Under the pieces are notes generated by a model. The model was not told where the DNA came from. It made no database searches and saw nothing but the letters and a program-made list of their open reading frames with translations. This document shows positions 47,222 through 57,547 of a DNA stretch of 64,000 bases, piece after piece (position 1 is the stretch's first letter; each line of letters starts with the position of its first letter). A program made the position numbers and the translations under genes. The DNA is taken from positions 16,142 to 80,141 of the forward strand of contig CAMYYD010000002.1 of NCBI GenBank assembly GCA_947303395.1, written 5' to 3'. This stretch comes from an uncultured Bacteroidales bacterium. Lineage in GTDB: Bacteria; Bacteroidota; Bacteroidia; Bacteroidales; F082.

Positions 47222-48694
47222 ATGCGTAAACTACTGTTATTCATAATATTATCAACAACGATTTTAGCAGTTTCATGTCGCAAGGAACTGAAGTATTCCA
47301 ACGACTCGTCGAAGAACATAAGTCTATCGACCGACACCATCGCCTTCGACACCGTTTTCACCAGCATCGGTTCGTCGACAAGAGTTTTGATGATTTACAA
47401 CGAGAACTCTGAAAACCTGAAAATCAATTCAATCAGGCTCGAGAAAGGCAGCTCGTCACCTTACAGTATCAACGTGGACGGACAGCCAGGAACATCGTTC
47501 AGCGGCAAGGAAATATATGCCAACGACAGTCTTTACGTGTTTATCAAGGTCACTATTAACCCTAACGACGACAACAGCCCGTTTTTTGTTGAAGACCGCC
47601 TGATTTTTAATACCAACGGCAACGAAAAGGTTGTAAATCTGACAGCTTACGGACAAAACGCCCATTACATCATCGGCCGTAAAGGCATTTTCCCTGACCA
47701 AAACGGGCATTACACCAATTATTACGTGGCAATAACTGATTCGGTGAATAAAGACGTTCATTGGACCGCTGAGAAGCCGTATGTCATTTATAATGTGGCA
47801 CTTATCGACTCTGACGGCACTTTGACAATCGAGCATGGAACACATGTATATTTCCACGGAGGCGCCGGTTTATGGGCATGGAGCGAAGGTCAGCTCATCG
47901 TAAACGGCACTGCAGAGAATCCTGTTGTGTTTCAAGGTGATAGGCTCGAGTCATTTTATGCCGACCAACCTGGACAATGGGACAGAATCTGGCTCATGGA
48001 AGCTCGCGAAGGTCACGGACATATAATCAACCACGCAATCATCAGAAATGGCTTTATAGGCCTTCAAATCCAGCGAATGCTCAAGGATAACATGGAGCCG
48101 ACGTATATCACCAACACAATCATCGAAAACCACACAGGAATGGGCGTTTATGCCAACTGCTACACCATCGGAATGTCGAATTTCATTGTGAACAATTGCG
48201 GAAACTACTGCGTGGCGCTCACTGGAGGCGGTGATTATCTCTTTACTCACGGCACCATTGCCAATTATTGGACAGGCTCTACAAGAAAAGCTGAAGCATT
48301 GTTTTTCAATAACTTATACACCAATCCTACAGATGGTCTAACGTATGCCGTACCGTTTGAATGCGACATCATCAACAGCATCGTTTACGGCAGTAAAAAC
48401 AACGAATTCGGAACAGACTTTTACCCTGTTTCCGACACATTGTATAAGTTCAAAAACTGCTTGATTAGCTCGCAAAGACCGAAACTTGATCAGCTTTACG
48501 AATCGTGTGTGTTCAATAAAGCTCCAAATTTCAAAAACACTGCTGAGTTTGATTTCCACCTCGACACGTTGTCATCAGCTGTCGGAATCGCCAATCCTTG
48601 CTACTCAATAGGTGATTTACAGTATGATTTGGACGGCGTGGCAAGAGGCGGTCGTCCCGATGCAGGTGCCTACCAATACGTTATTCCCGAATAA
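47222..48694 (+). CDS. Right-handed parallel beta-helix repeat lipoprotein
   Basis: 490 aa with lipobox ILAVSC. PbH1-like repeats (NHAIIRNGFIGLQIQ, NTIIENHTGMGVYAN, NFIVNNCGNYCVALTGGG) and a C-terminal RPDAGAYQY motif. Confidence 0.6.
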   Translation: MRKLLLFIILSTTILAVSCRKELKYSNDSSKNISLSTDTIAFDTVFTSIGSSTRVLMIYNENSENLKINSIRLEKGSSSPYSINVDGQPGTSFSGKEIYANDSLYVFIKVTINPNDDNSPFFVEDRLIFNTNGNEKVVNLTAYGQNAHYIIGRKGIFPDQNGHYTNYYVAITDSVNKDVHWTAEKPYVIYNVALIDSDGTLTIEHGTHVYFHGGAGLWAWSEGQLIVNGTAENPVVFQGDRLESFYADQPGQWDRIWLMEAREGHGHIINHAIIRNGFIGLQIQRMLKDNMEPTYITNTIIENHTGMGVYANCYTIGMSNFIVNNCGNYCVALTGGGDYLFTHGTIANYWTGSTRKAEALFFNNLYTNPTDGLTYAVPFECDIINSIVYGSKNNEFGTDFYPVSDTLYKFKNCLISSQRPKLDQLYESCVFNKAPNFKNTAEFDFHLDTLSSAVGIANPCYSIGDLQYDLDGVARGGRPDAGAYQYVIPE

Positions 48695-50360
48695 TGTTGT
48701 AAATACGTCGTGTTTCATTGCCAACACAGTCAGTAACAACGATTTCCATCTTATTATTTCCTTTCTTCAGATGCTCATCGACATCGTAGTATAAAAGGTC
48801 GTTTTTTGCATCATAAGCACCAATAACCCATTTTCCGTTAAGGTAAATATCATATTTATCGACACCCGACTCGGCATCTTTTATTTTGATATTCAACCGC
48901 TTACATTTAACAATCTTGGTATTGTTCTTAAAGTTTTGAGGAGTTACCTGAGGCTTGACATTGTCAACCGCCAAAGCGTAAGTTCCTAGCGAACGCACTT
49001 TTGTGCAAATCATGCCATCAGATTTCTTGCCGCCTTGAGCCACAAACTTACCGTCTTTCGCAACAGAAACCACATAAAGTTTGTCGGAATCAGCATATTT
49101 TTCCGCTGGACGAAGTTTTATCTCGATGTTTTTTTGAACTGGAATATCCTCAGAACCAAGCACATACGCATAATCAGAGGCAATATTCATGATGGTGTCA
49201 AGTTGACGTGCCAAGATATATTCAAAACGGTAAAACGCCTTTTCAGGGATTATTGCCATAAAACCATCAAGACCGACCTCTGTCTCGGTCTTGCCATCAA
49301 CGCGATAATAAGCTCTACTGTATTGATTACCAGTGAATTCCGTCAAAGGTTTATCGCCAACCAAAGTAAATCTCAAAGTCGAAGTGTTGCCCCAAAAATC
49401 TTTCACAACATATTTCATCTCAACCCTATCGCCCTCTTTCAAAGTCACAAAACCATCCTTTTCGCCATATAAATCAAGGATATTGTACTCGTCGACCTCT
49501 GTTCTGACATATCTGATTTTATCGTTATAAAACTTACTGTAATCGATCAAACTGTTTATATAACGCGTCTCGTCGTAAGAATATTCATCAAATAAAATAT
49601 TGAATATCAATCTGTTATCTGCATATAAATCAATCGAATAAACACCATTTTTATTATTGGCGCCATCTGCCTGATCACATGTTGAGATACCGAAATATAC
49701 TTTCCCATTAACTTTAATCTCTTGATTATCAACAGGTTTAAAATACGCATTGTAATCAGAGCCATTCACCGATGATTGTTCGGTAGGATAAACGGCAAAA
49801 CCATTGATAATCGGCTTGATTTTGTCATTCACCTTGAAACCGAAAAGATACGGATTCACCGGATGCTGTTGGGCATCGCGAAGTTCATAATGCAGATGCG
49901 GACCGCCTGAACCGCCACTGTCGCCGCTATATCCAAGAATATCACCGACTTTCACAGGAATCTCACCTTTTTCGAGGAACAGATTTTGTTTAAATGACTT
50001 GCTTTCGTATTGCTTCTTGCGAACATACTTTCCTATCTTATCGTTAAAGCCTTCGAGATGCGCGTAAACCGACATAAACCCATCATTATGAGTAACATAC
50101 ACCACGTAGCCGTAGCCATATGGCGACACTCCGATGCGGCTCACATAGCCATCAGCGACAGCATATACGCGATAACCAGTCTTGCCATTCGTTTTGATAT
50201 CGATGCCAGCATGAAAAGCGTTAGTACGCAACTCTCCAAAAGTCGCCGAAAGATAAATCGGAATTTTCACCGGATTGGGATATATCGGATAGTTAGACTG
50301 ATTTTGCGCTCCTAAAACATTGGTAATCAATAATAAACAAAACAAAAATTTAAATCTCAT
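48681..50360 (-). CDS. M23 family metallopeptidase
   Basis: 559 aa from the ATG at 50360 (MRFKFLFCLLLITNVLGAQ); the ORF-track start at 50366 is a TTG. Motifs HAGIDIKT and GGPHLHYELRD. Confidence 0.88.
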   Translation of the reverse strand: MRFKFLFCLLLITNVLGAQNQSNYPIYPNPVKIPIYLSATFGELRTNAFHAGIDIKTNGKTGYRVYAVADGYVSRIGVSPYGYGYVVYVTHNDGFMSVYAHLEGFNDKIGKYVRKKQYESKSFKQNLFLEKGEIPVKVGDILGYSGDSGGSGGPHLHYELRDAQQHPVNPYLFGFKVNDKIKPIINGFAVYPTEQSSVNGSDYNAYFKPVDNQEIKVNGKVYFGISTCDQADGANNKNGVYSIDLYADNRLIFNILFDEYSYDETRYINSLIDYSKFYNDKIRYVRTEVDEYNILDLYGEKDGFVTLKEGDRVEMKYVVKDFWGNTSTLRFTLVGDKPLTEFTGNQYSRAYYRVDGKTETEVGLDGFMAIIPEKAFYRFEYILARQLDTIMNIASDYAYVLGSEDIPVQKNIEIKLRPAEKYADSDKLYVVSVAKDGKFVAQGGKKSDGMICTKVRSLGTYALAVDNVKPQVTPQNFKNNTKIVKCKRLNIKIKDAESGVDKYDIYLNGKWVIGAYDAKNDLLYYDVDEHLKKGNNKMEIVVTDCVGNETRRIYNIIRE

Positions 50361-50379
50361 TTTCAATAAATTTGATTTA

Positions 50380-50407
50380 CAAAATTACATTTTTTTTATT
50401 ATCTTTG
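50380..50407. promoter_or_regulatory. Divergent -7 boxes: complement of 50380-50387 (TAATTTTG, M23 gene) and 50400-50407 (TATCTTTG, LTA-synthase-family gene)
   Basis: TAnnTTTG matches 20 nt and 15 nt from the respective ATGs. Confidence 0.5.
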
Positions 50408-50421
50408 CGGAAAATAATTTT

Positions 50422-52350
50422 ATGTTTTCGAACAAGGAACTGCCACTTTGGAAAGTATTTGTCATCCGACTCAGCGTGATGTTACTGCTGCTTGCGATAA
50501 GCAGATGGCTCCTGTTCCTTTTCAACACCGGCAACTTCCCGGGATTAAGCATCGGCGAGCAGTTGAAATTGTTTTTCATCGGGATGCGGTTCGACATCTG
50601 GACGCTCATAATCACCAACCTCCCATTCTTGGTTTTTTACGGCATTCCGCTTGAATTCAAGTATAACAAATACTATTGTAAAACCATTGATATCCTGTTT
50701 GTTATAACGAATACATTAAGTATTACTTTAAATCTTATCGATGTCATTTATTACCGCTATATCGACAAACGAATGACCTCAGAATTATTCGGTTTCGCCC
50801 AACACACCGATGACAATCAGGGCGGATTGATCAAGCAGTTTCTGGTAGATTTCTGGTTCATGGTGGTGATTTTTGCCGTTTTCTTGATAGTAATTATCAT
50901 TTTAACGAGAAAAACCAGGGTAAAAAAAGCCGTTATTATCAACAGACCATATTGGTATACAACGAGTTCGCTAGCATTTTTGATACTTATAGCAGCATCT
51001 ATAATCGGACTCAGAGGAGGTTTACAAAACAAGCCGATAAGCATTATAACAGCAGCAAACTACTCTAAAACACAGAACATTCCGTTGGTTTTGAATACGC
51101 CGTTTACAATCGGACGCGGCTCATCGGGAACAGTATTGGAACCGATACATTTTTACGATGACGAGGAGATTGAGCGGCTCTACTCTCCTATTCATAATGA
51201 TTTGAAAACCAATCGTTTCATTGAAGGAAGCGCAAAAGATTACAACATTTTCATCATAATCTTGGAAAGTCATGGACAAGAAATGGTGAAGTTTTACAAT
51301 CATAAGCGTGAAACAACACTTACACCATTACTTGATTCATTGCTATCTAACAGCTTGGTTTTCAATGGTATGGCTAACGGTCGCCAATCAATTGAAGCGG
51401 TAACATCAATCCTATCCGGACTGCCTTCACTGATGTCGAAAGACTATGTGGAGTCGCGTTATGCGGCCAACAGACTCGACGGAATCGGCAATATTTTAAA
51501 GAAACACGGTTATACCACGGCGTTCTTCCACGGGGGCAATAATGGCACCATGAACTTCAACGCCTCTGCCCTTTCAGCCGGTTTCGACAGCTATTACGGA
51601 CGCAATGAATATGGTAATGATGACGATTACGACGGCACCTGGGGCATTTCCGACATGCCATTCCTGCAATTCACAGCGCAAAAGGTAAATGAGATGAAAA
51701 AGCCTTTCGCTGCTGGTGTTTTCACACTTTCGTCGCACCATCCGTTCAAACTCCCGAAAGGTTACAAGCTGCCTGACGGCGACTACAAAACCGATTTCGA
51801 GAAGACTGTCCGCTACACCGATGACGCGATGCGCCATTTCTTCGAAACAATGAGCAATTACAGCTGGTTCGACAGCACCATTTTCGTCATCGTAGGCGAC
51901 CATGTGAACCCGGAACATCGTTTCGACAACTACCTCAACGGCTACGGACAATATCAAATTGTGACTGCATTTTATGCGCCAAACATAATCAAACCATTGA
52001 ATACCAATATTTTAGCACAGCAAACCGACATCGGTATCAGTCTGTTGGCAGCGCTTGGTTACAACGACACAATCTTCACCTTCGGCAGAAACGTGTTCGA
52101 TAGTCTGCAAGAGCCTTGTTTTGCTAGCTATCTCAACAATATTTACCAGTATTCCGACGGCAAATATATGCTTCAGTCGGACGGCCAGAACATAACAGCG
52201 ATTTTCGATATTGAAGAAGATCCATGTCTGTCGAACAACCTCTACAACGAAAGCGAAAAAGAAATATGGGACGAACTCAACGACAAGTTCAGAATGCGTC
52301 TCCAACAATATAATAACAGAATGATTAACAATAAGTTATACATAAAATGA
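50422..52350 (+). CDS. LTA synthase family / sulfatase-domain membrane protein
   Basis: 642 aa from MFSNKELPLWKVFVIRLS. Five N-terminal TM helices, then an extracytoplasmic alkaline-phosphatase-superfamily domain (IIILESHGQE..., GDHV). The ORF-track start at 50320 crosses the promoter, so I use the internal ATG. Confidence 0.82.
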   Translation: MFSNKELPLWKVFVIRLSVMLLLLAISRWLLFLFNTGNFPGLSIGEQLKLFFIGMRFDIWTLIITNLPFLVFYGIPLEFKYNKYYCKTIDILFVITNTLSITLNLIDVIYYRYIDKRMTSELFGFAQHTDDNQGGLIKQFLVDFWFMVVIFAVFLIVIIILTRKTRVKKAVIINRPYWYTTSSLAFLILIAASIIGLRGGLQNKPISIITAANYSKTQNIPLVLNTPFTIGRGSSGTVLEPIHFYDDEEIERLYSPIHNDLKTNRFIEGSAKDYNIFIIILESHGQEMVKFYNHKRETTLTPLLDSLLSNSLVFNGMANGRQSIEAVTSILSGLPSLMSKDYVESRYAANRLDGIGNILKKHGYTTAFFHGGNNGTMNFNASALSAGFDSYYGRNEYGNDDDYDGTWGISDMPFLQFTAQKVNEMKKPFAAGVFTLSSHHPFKLPKGYKLPDGDYKTDFEKTVRYTDDAMRHFFETMSNYSWFDSTIFVIVGDHVNPEHRFDNYLNGYGQYQIVTAFYAPNIIKPLNTNILAQQTDIGISLLAALGYNDTIFTFGRNVFDSLQEPCFASYLNNIYQYSDGKYMLQSDGQNITAIFDIEEDPCLSNNLYNESEKEIWDELNDKFRMRLQQYNNRMINNKLYIK

Positions 52351-53240
52351 AAGAGAAGATTTTGTTTATTGTCAACCCGATTTCAGGTCATCACGACAAG
52401 TCGAAATTCCCTTCAATTGTTGAGGAATTGATTGACAAGGACAAATACGACTACACCATCACGTTGACTGAATACGGTGGTCATGCCGCCGAACTAACCA
52501 AGCAAGCCATTGATAATGAATACGATATCATCGTAGCTGTAGGCGGTGACGGCACCATCAACGAGGTGGCTACGACAATGATTGGAGCGCGTCAGACTTT
52601 TGCCATTGTGCCTTATGGCTCAGGAAACGGTCTCGCACGCCATCTGCATCTGCCTTTAAAACCTAAGAAAGTTATCACAGAGGTGATAAATAAAGGCGTG
52701 AAGGCTAAAATCGATACCGCCACCATGAACGGAGTGCCTTACATCAGCATTGCAGGCGTAGGATTCGACGCAATCATAGCCGATTATTTCGCAAAAGACC
52801 CGAACAGAGGCCTGAAAACATACGTTAAACTCGTTACAGAGAAGTATTTTAAGTTCAAACCCGAGAAATATCATCTGATTCTTGACGATAAAGAAGAAAT
52901 CGACTGCGAGCCGCTGTTTATCTCGTTTGCCAACAGCAACCAATTCGGTTTCAACGCAGCGGTCTCCCCTCACGCCTCGCTCAACGACGGACTTTTGGAC
53001 GTCTGCGTCTTCAAAAAACCAAATCTTTTGGCTGTTCCTTACGTCGCCGAACGTCTTCTGACTCAAAGAATCGACAAAACGCATTATGTCGACATCCATA
53101 AAGCCAGCAAAATCAAGGTTTTAAGAGAAAAAGAAGACTTTGCGAACATCGATGGCGAGGCCGTTATGATGTCGAAAGATGTAGTAGTGGAAATCAATCC
53201 GCTTAGCTTGAATATTTTATTACCAACAGATAATAAATAA
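52347..53240 (+). CDS. Diacylglycerol/lipid kinase family protein (YegS/BmrU-like)
   Basis: 297 aa with the VAVGGDGTINEV and PYGSGNGLAR motifs. Confidence 0.88.
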   Translation: MKEKILFIVNPISGHHDKSKFPSIVEELIDKDKYDYTITLTEYGGHAAELTKQAIDNEYDIIVAVGGDGTINEVATTMIGARQTFAIVPYGSGNGLARHLHLPLKPKKVITEVINKGVKAKIDTATMNGVPYISIAGVGFDAIIADYFAKDPNRGLKTYVKLVTEKYFKFKPEKYHLILDDKEEIDCEPLFISFANSNQFGFNAAVSPHASLNDGLLDVCVFKKPNLLAVPYVAERLLTQRIDKTHYVDIHKASKIKVLREKEDFANIDGEAVMMSKDVVVEINPLSLNILLPTDNK

Positions 53241-53252
53241 AACATTAACAAT

Positions 53253-54506
53253 ATGATTACCAAGTATTTACACATTATTGAAAAACTTTTCCTGGGAATG
53301 CGTCTCGATAATGAGATTGCAAGAGATTTAGCTCAAGGAGTTGGTGTCATCACCCTTCTTGTAGTAGCATTTTTCCTGTTTTTTGTGGCAAAGTTCATTT
53401 TGAAAAGATATGTCGGAAAGTTCATCAGAAAGACAAAATTCAAATATGACGACTATTTTCTCGGCAAGAAACTGGAAAGACGCATAGCTTTCCTCATCCC
53501 TGTTTACATGATTCAAGGTCTGATTTACGCCGTCGCTCCTGATTTGGACATGTTAGACGCATTCATTCATGCGTTGGCACGAATTGGCGAAATAACCACA
53601 TTTACAGGTATTGTCATTTCCATAACCGACTCAGTATCTGATATTTACAATTCTTTCGATGTCTCCAAAAACAGACCGATGAAAGGTTTTATGCAAGTCG
53701 CGAAAATCATTGCAATCATGATTTGCATTTTGCTGGTAATCGGAGTCATTATCAACAAAAACATGGGCGACATTCTGGTTGGATTAGGTGCTTTATCGGC
53801 AGTGATGATGCTCATTTTCAAAGACCCTATTCTCGGTTTTGTCGGCGGTATCCAATTGACTTCCAACGACATGGTGCGCATCGGCGACTGGATTGTGAAA
53901 GGTGATGCCGACGGTAACGTAATCGACATCGGCTTGACCACGGTGAAGGTTCAGAATTGGGACAACACCATCGCCACAATCCCGACATATTCGATGATCA
54001 CCGACCCGTTCATCAACTGGCGTGGTATGACCGAATCGGGAGGCAGAAGAATATCGCGTTCAATCATCATCGACCTCGATACTATTAAATTCTGCACGCC
54101 GGAAATGCTTGAAAAATATAAGAAATTCCAGCTTGTAGCCGATTATATCACCAAAACAGAGGAAGAAATCACAAAATACAACCAAGAGAATAAAATCGAC
54201 ACTTCTACCCTCGTCAACGGTCGCCGACAGACCAACCTCGGCATTTTCAGGGCTTATCTGACTGAATATCTCAAGCAAAATCCAAATCTCAATCACAATC
54301 TGACAATGCTTGTGCGTCAGAAAGACCCGACAGAATTCGGTGTCCCAATGCAGATATACTGCTTCAGCTCAAAAACAGATTGGATTTCATACGAGGCAAT
54401 TCAAAACGACATCTTCGATCACATCTACGCAGTGATTAATCAGTTCGACCTGAAGGTATACCAAAGACCTTCGTCGCATTCAATTAACTTAATGAATGAC
54501 AAATAG
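53253..54506 (+). CDS. Mechanosensitive ion channel family protein (MscS-like)
   Basis: 417 aa with N-terminal TM helices and an MscS beta-domain (VRIGDWIVKGDADGNVIDIGLTTVKVQNWDNTIATIPT). Confidence 0.88.
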   Translation: MITKYLHIIEKLFLGMRLDNEIARDLAQGVGVITLLVVAFFLFFVAKFILKRYVGKFIRKTKFKYDDYFLGKKLERRIAFLIPVYMIQGLIYAVAPDLDMLDAFIHALARIGEITTFTGIVISITDSVSDIYNSFDVSKNRPMKGFMQVAKIIAIMICILLVIGVIINKNMGDILVGLGALSAVMMLIFKDPILGFVGGIQLTSNDMVRIGDWIVKGDADGNVIDIGLTTVKVQNWDNTIATIPTYSMITDPFINWRGMTESGGRRISRSIIIDLDTIKFCTPEMLEKYKKFQLVADYITKTEEEITKYNQENKIDTSTLVNGRRQTNLGIFRAYLTEYLKQNPNLNHNLTMLVRQKDPTEFGVPMQIYCFSSKTDWISYEAIQNDIFDHIYAVINQFDLKVYQRPSSHSINLMNDK

Positions 54507-54511
54507 TTAGA

Positions 54512-56041
54512 TTATTTTTTGTTCCAGAATGTAGGAGTAAAAATCAGCAACACTGTGTAGATTTCGAGACGACCCAACAGCATCAAAAACGACATCACCC
54601 ATTTTGCTGTTACAGTAAGATCTGAGAATGTCGTTGCCGGTCCTGTTGACTTGTAACCAGGTCCCATGTTACTGAGCGATGTGATGGTGTTAAACACACT
54701 TTCTTCGAATTCGCATCCGCTTATCGAAAAAACGATAACGCTGATGATGCAGATTATCACATAGAAGAACAGGAAATTCAGCGTTCTGAGAAGAATTTCG
54801 TTTGACACAACCTCTCTTGAAACTTTCACAGAGAACACAGCGCTTGGATGCATAAACTGCTTGATAGTGATGCGGATAGACTTCAGGCACACCATCCAAC
54901 GGATGATTTTTATACCTCCTGATGTTGATCCAGCACAAGAGCCGCTAAGCATCAGCAAAAGCGTCGGGAAGAGGAATAATCCACCCCAAAGAGTGTAATC
55001 GTAATAGGAACCTTGGAAACCTGTCGACGAGACGATTGCCACAACGTGGAACAAGGCTGCACGGAACCTCGATTCAAATGTCGGCTCAGGATATGCTGAA
55101 GTGTCGGTGGCAATGGTTTGAACGCTAGGAGCATAGTAGAATAAAGCCGTCATGATGGCCACCATTATCACGATGACGCCGAAAAACCAGCGCAATTCCT
55201 CATTCTTCAAGACATCCTTCACCTCTCCTCTCGTAAGGAAATAATACAAGGAGAAGTTAATGCCCGACATTATCATGAATAGGACGCAGAAATACTCCAC
55301 ATAGCTCGAGTTGAAATATCCGATGCTCGACTGGTGGGTACTGAATCCGCCGCTCGACATTGTTGTAAGTGCATGACACACAGCGTCGTAGAGGTTCATC
55401 GGACCTGCCCAGTAAACCAAAGCGCAAACCACTGTCAAGAACATGTAGATGAGATAAAGATGACGTGCTGTGACAGCCATCTTCGGATGTAGTTTCTTCA
55501 CGCTAAGGCCTGACATCTCTGCCGAATACAAAGTCGTTTTGTTTGATTTTTTGTTCAATGCAGGAATGATGGCAAGGAACAACACGATGATTCCCAAACC
55601 GCCCAACCACTGTGTAATGCTTCGCCAAAATAATATTCCATGTGGTTGAGAATCAATATTATTCATGATTGTTGCACCAGTGGTGGTGAAGCCTGACATC
55701 GATTCAAAAAAGGCATCGGTGATATTGTCAATGGCACCAGTGAAAATAAACGGAAGCATTCCGAACACAGCAAAAAGCACCCATGCCACAGTGACGAGGA
55801 CGAATGAATCCTTCATCGTGAGGTTGTCGATTTTCTTGACACGATCGTCTCCCCTACGAGCCTTCTCTCGTCCTGCCGAGAGAAGGATGAATCCGAAGAT
55901 TCCGGTAATCATAGTGGATGCCAGCAACGACACCACGTCTTTCTCACCGCAGTGCACGTTGTAGTAAAGCGCCACCATCGAGGCGACCAGCATAAAAAAC
56001 GCCTCAACAAGGATAAAGACACCGTAAATCTTCGCTTTCAT
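54512..56041 (-). CDS. trkH: TrkH-family potassium uptake membrane subunit
   Basis: 509 aa, polytopic, with selectivity-filter-like motifs (SGFTTTGAT, SSGGFS, SSTGFQ, GSTSGGIK). Confidence 0.9.
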   Translation of the reverse strand: MKAKIYGVFILVEAFFMLVASMVALYYNVHCGEKDVVSLLASTMITGIFGFILLSAGREKARRGDDRVKKIDNLTMKDSFVLVTVAWVLFAVFGMLPFIFTGAIDNITDAFFESMSGFTTTGATIMNNIDSQPHGILFWRSITQWLGGLGIIVLFLAIIPALNKKSNKTTLYSAEMSGLSVKKLHPKMAVTARHLYLIYMFLTVVCALVYWAGPMNLYDAVCHALTTMSSGGFSTHQSSIGYFNSSYVEYFCVLFMIMSGINFSLYYFLTRGEVKDVLKNEELRWFFGVIVIMVAIMTALFYYAPSVQTIATDTSAYPEPTFESRFRAALFHVVAIVSSTGFQGSYYDYTLWGGLFLFPTLLLMLSGSCAGSTSGGIKIIRWMVCLKSIRITIKQFMHPSAVFSVKVSREVVSNEILLRTLNFLFFYVIICIISVIVFSISGCEFEESVFNTITSLSNMGPGYKSTGPATTFSDLTVTAKWVMSFLMLLGRLEIYTVLLIFTPTFWNKK

Positions 56042-56064
56042 TTTTTCAACAAATGTGCAACTCG

Positions 56065-56134
56065 CAAAAATACAAAAAAGTTTTAAATGTTACGAAAATT
56101 ATTGAAAATCGTGAACAGAAAAACATTATCTTTG
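56065..56134. promoter_or_regulatory. Divergent -7 boxes: complement of 56065-56072 (TATTTTTG, trkH) and 56127-56134 (TATCTTTG, RND operon 2)
   Basis: TAnnTTTG matches 24 nt and 46 nt from the respective ATGs. Confidence 0.5.
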
Positions 56135-56179
56135 CAGGTTATTATTAATAGGTGTGAAAAATAAAAATATTAGGATAAA

Positions 56180-57511
56180 ATGTTAAGATTGAAGAGTTTA
56201 TTTACAACGGTTTTATGTCTTACAATGGTGTTGACGTGCAATGTCAGCAAGGCTCAGCAGGCGCAGGATTCGCTCATTATCAGCCTTGATCAAGCCATTG
56301 AAATCGCCCTTGAGGAAAGCAACAGCATTAAAATTGCCGACCTCACCATCGAGAAATCGGGATATGCGAAAAAAGGCACTTATGCTGCGCTGTATCCAAA
56401 CATCTCAGCATCAGGCAGTTACCAGCGCACATTGAAGAAACAGGTAATGGCCATGGATTTCGGCGGACAGTCGATGGAGATTTCGGTTGGTAAATGGAAC
56501 AACGTGAACGCAGGAATCAGCGCATCGATGCCACTCATCAACGCACAGCTGTGGCAGTCGCTGAAGCTTTCGGCATTAGACGTGGAACTCGCCGTCGAGC
56601 AGGCCCGCTCATCGAAAATAGCGATGGTATCACAAGTAAAACAGGCTTATTACGCAGTGTTGTTGGCGCAACAAGTTTACAACGTATACAATGACGTGTA
56701 TGAAAACGCCGCCAAAAACTTCGAACACACCGAGCAACTTTATAACGCCGGCAAGACCTCTGAATACGAGTACCTACGCGCTCAAGTCAACGTGCGCAAC
56801 GCCGAGCCTAACGTTTTCAGCTCACTGGCTGCTATCGACCTCGCGATATGGCAACTCAAAGCCGTGATGGGCATCGACCTGAACACAAAATTAGGCGTAG
56901 CTGGCGAGATAGACATGTACAAAGACGAGATGATGGCATACAACGCAGACCTCATGACACCTAGCCTCGACAACAACAGCACACTCATGCAACTCAACAT
57001 CCAAAGCCAACAGCTGGAACGCACATTAAAGATGACGAAATACCAGTACATCCCTACCCTCGCGGCCTCGTTCGCATATAACTACATAGCTATGGGCGAC
57101 GACTTTAAGTTTAAATGGAACCCTTATTCAGTGGTTGGCCTCAGCCTCAACATCCCAATCTTCGACGGTTTCTCAAAGCATAATAATATCAAGCAATTCA
57201 AAGCTTCGCAAGACATACTTCAACTCAGCATTGAAGACACTGAACGCAATCTGCGCATAGCTCTCAAGAATTACAATAACTTGATTGACACATATATCAA
57301 AAATTACATGGCAGCTGAGTCGACATTGGAGATGGCTCAGAAGAGCTACGATATAGCAGAGAAGATGTATGAATTGGGAAAAGCCACACTGGTGGAACTC
57401 AACGACGCTCAGCTAGCGCTCGTACAGGCACAGCTCACTATGAGTCGAACAGTTTACAACTTCATGGTGACGAAAGCGTCAATGGAAGAATTAGCAGGAA
57501 ACGAAAATTAG
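56180..57511 (+). CDS. TolC-family outer membrane efflux protein (RND operon 2)
   Basis: 443 aa with a signal peptide ending SKAQQ and the two-repeat TolC architecture. First gene of the operon. Confidence 0.88.
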   Translation: MLRLKSLFTTVLCLTMVLTCNVSKAQQAQDSLIISLDQAIEIALEESNSIKIADLTIEKSGYAKKGTYAALYPNISASGSYQRTLKKQVMAMDFGGQSMEISVGKWNNVNAGISASMPLINAQLWQSLKLSALDVELAVEQARSSKIAMVSQVKQAYYAVLLAQQVYNVYNDVYENAAKNFEHTEQLYNAGKTSEYEYLRAQVNVRNAEPNVFSSLAAIDLAIWQLKAVMGIDLNTKLGVAGEIDMYKDEMMAYNADLMTPSLDNNSTLMQLNIQSQQLERTLKMTKYQYIPTLAASFAYNYIAMGDDFKFKWNPYSVVGLSLNIPIFDGFSKHNNIKQFKASQDILQLSIEDTERNLRIALKNYNNLIDTYIKNYMAAESTLEMAQKSYDIAEKMYELGKATLVELNDAQLALVQAQLTMSRTVYNFMVTKASMEELAGNEN

Positions 57512-57547
57512 TTTAAAGTTTAGAGTTTAAAGAAGAAAAGATATAAT

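Noticed and set aside
54512-56041. trkH without an adjacent trkA as a sign of gene loss or rearrangement.
   Set aside because: Separate trkA and trkH loci are common in bacteria. Nothing in the flanks (clean promoter motif, intact ORF) suggests disruption.
57509-57532. Second heptamer mini-repeat (AGTTTAA/AGTTTAG/AGTTTAA) between tolC and the adaptor gene of RND operon 2, possibly related to the 18842-18936 element.
   Set aside because: There are only three units, no inverted partner, and the unit sequence differs from TTAGACT/TAAGGTC. This is probably chance low complexity in an AT-rich spacer.
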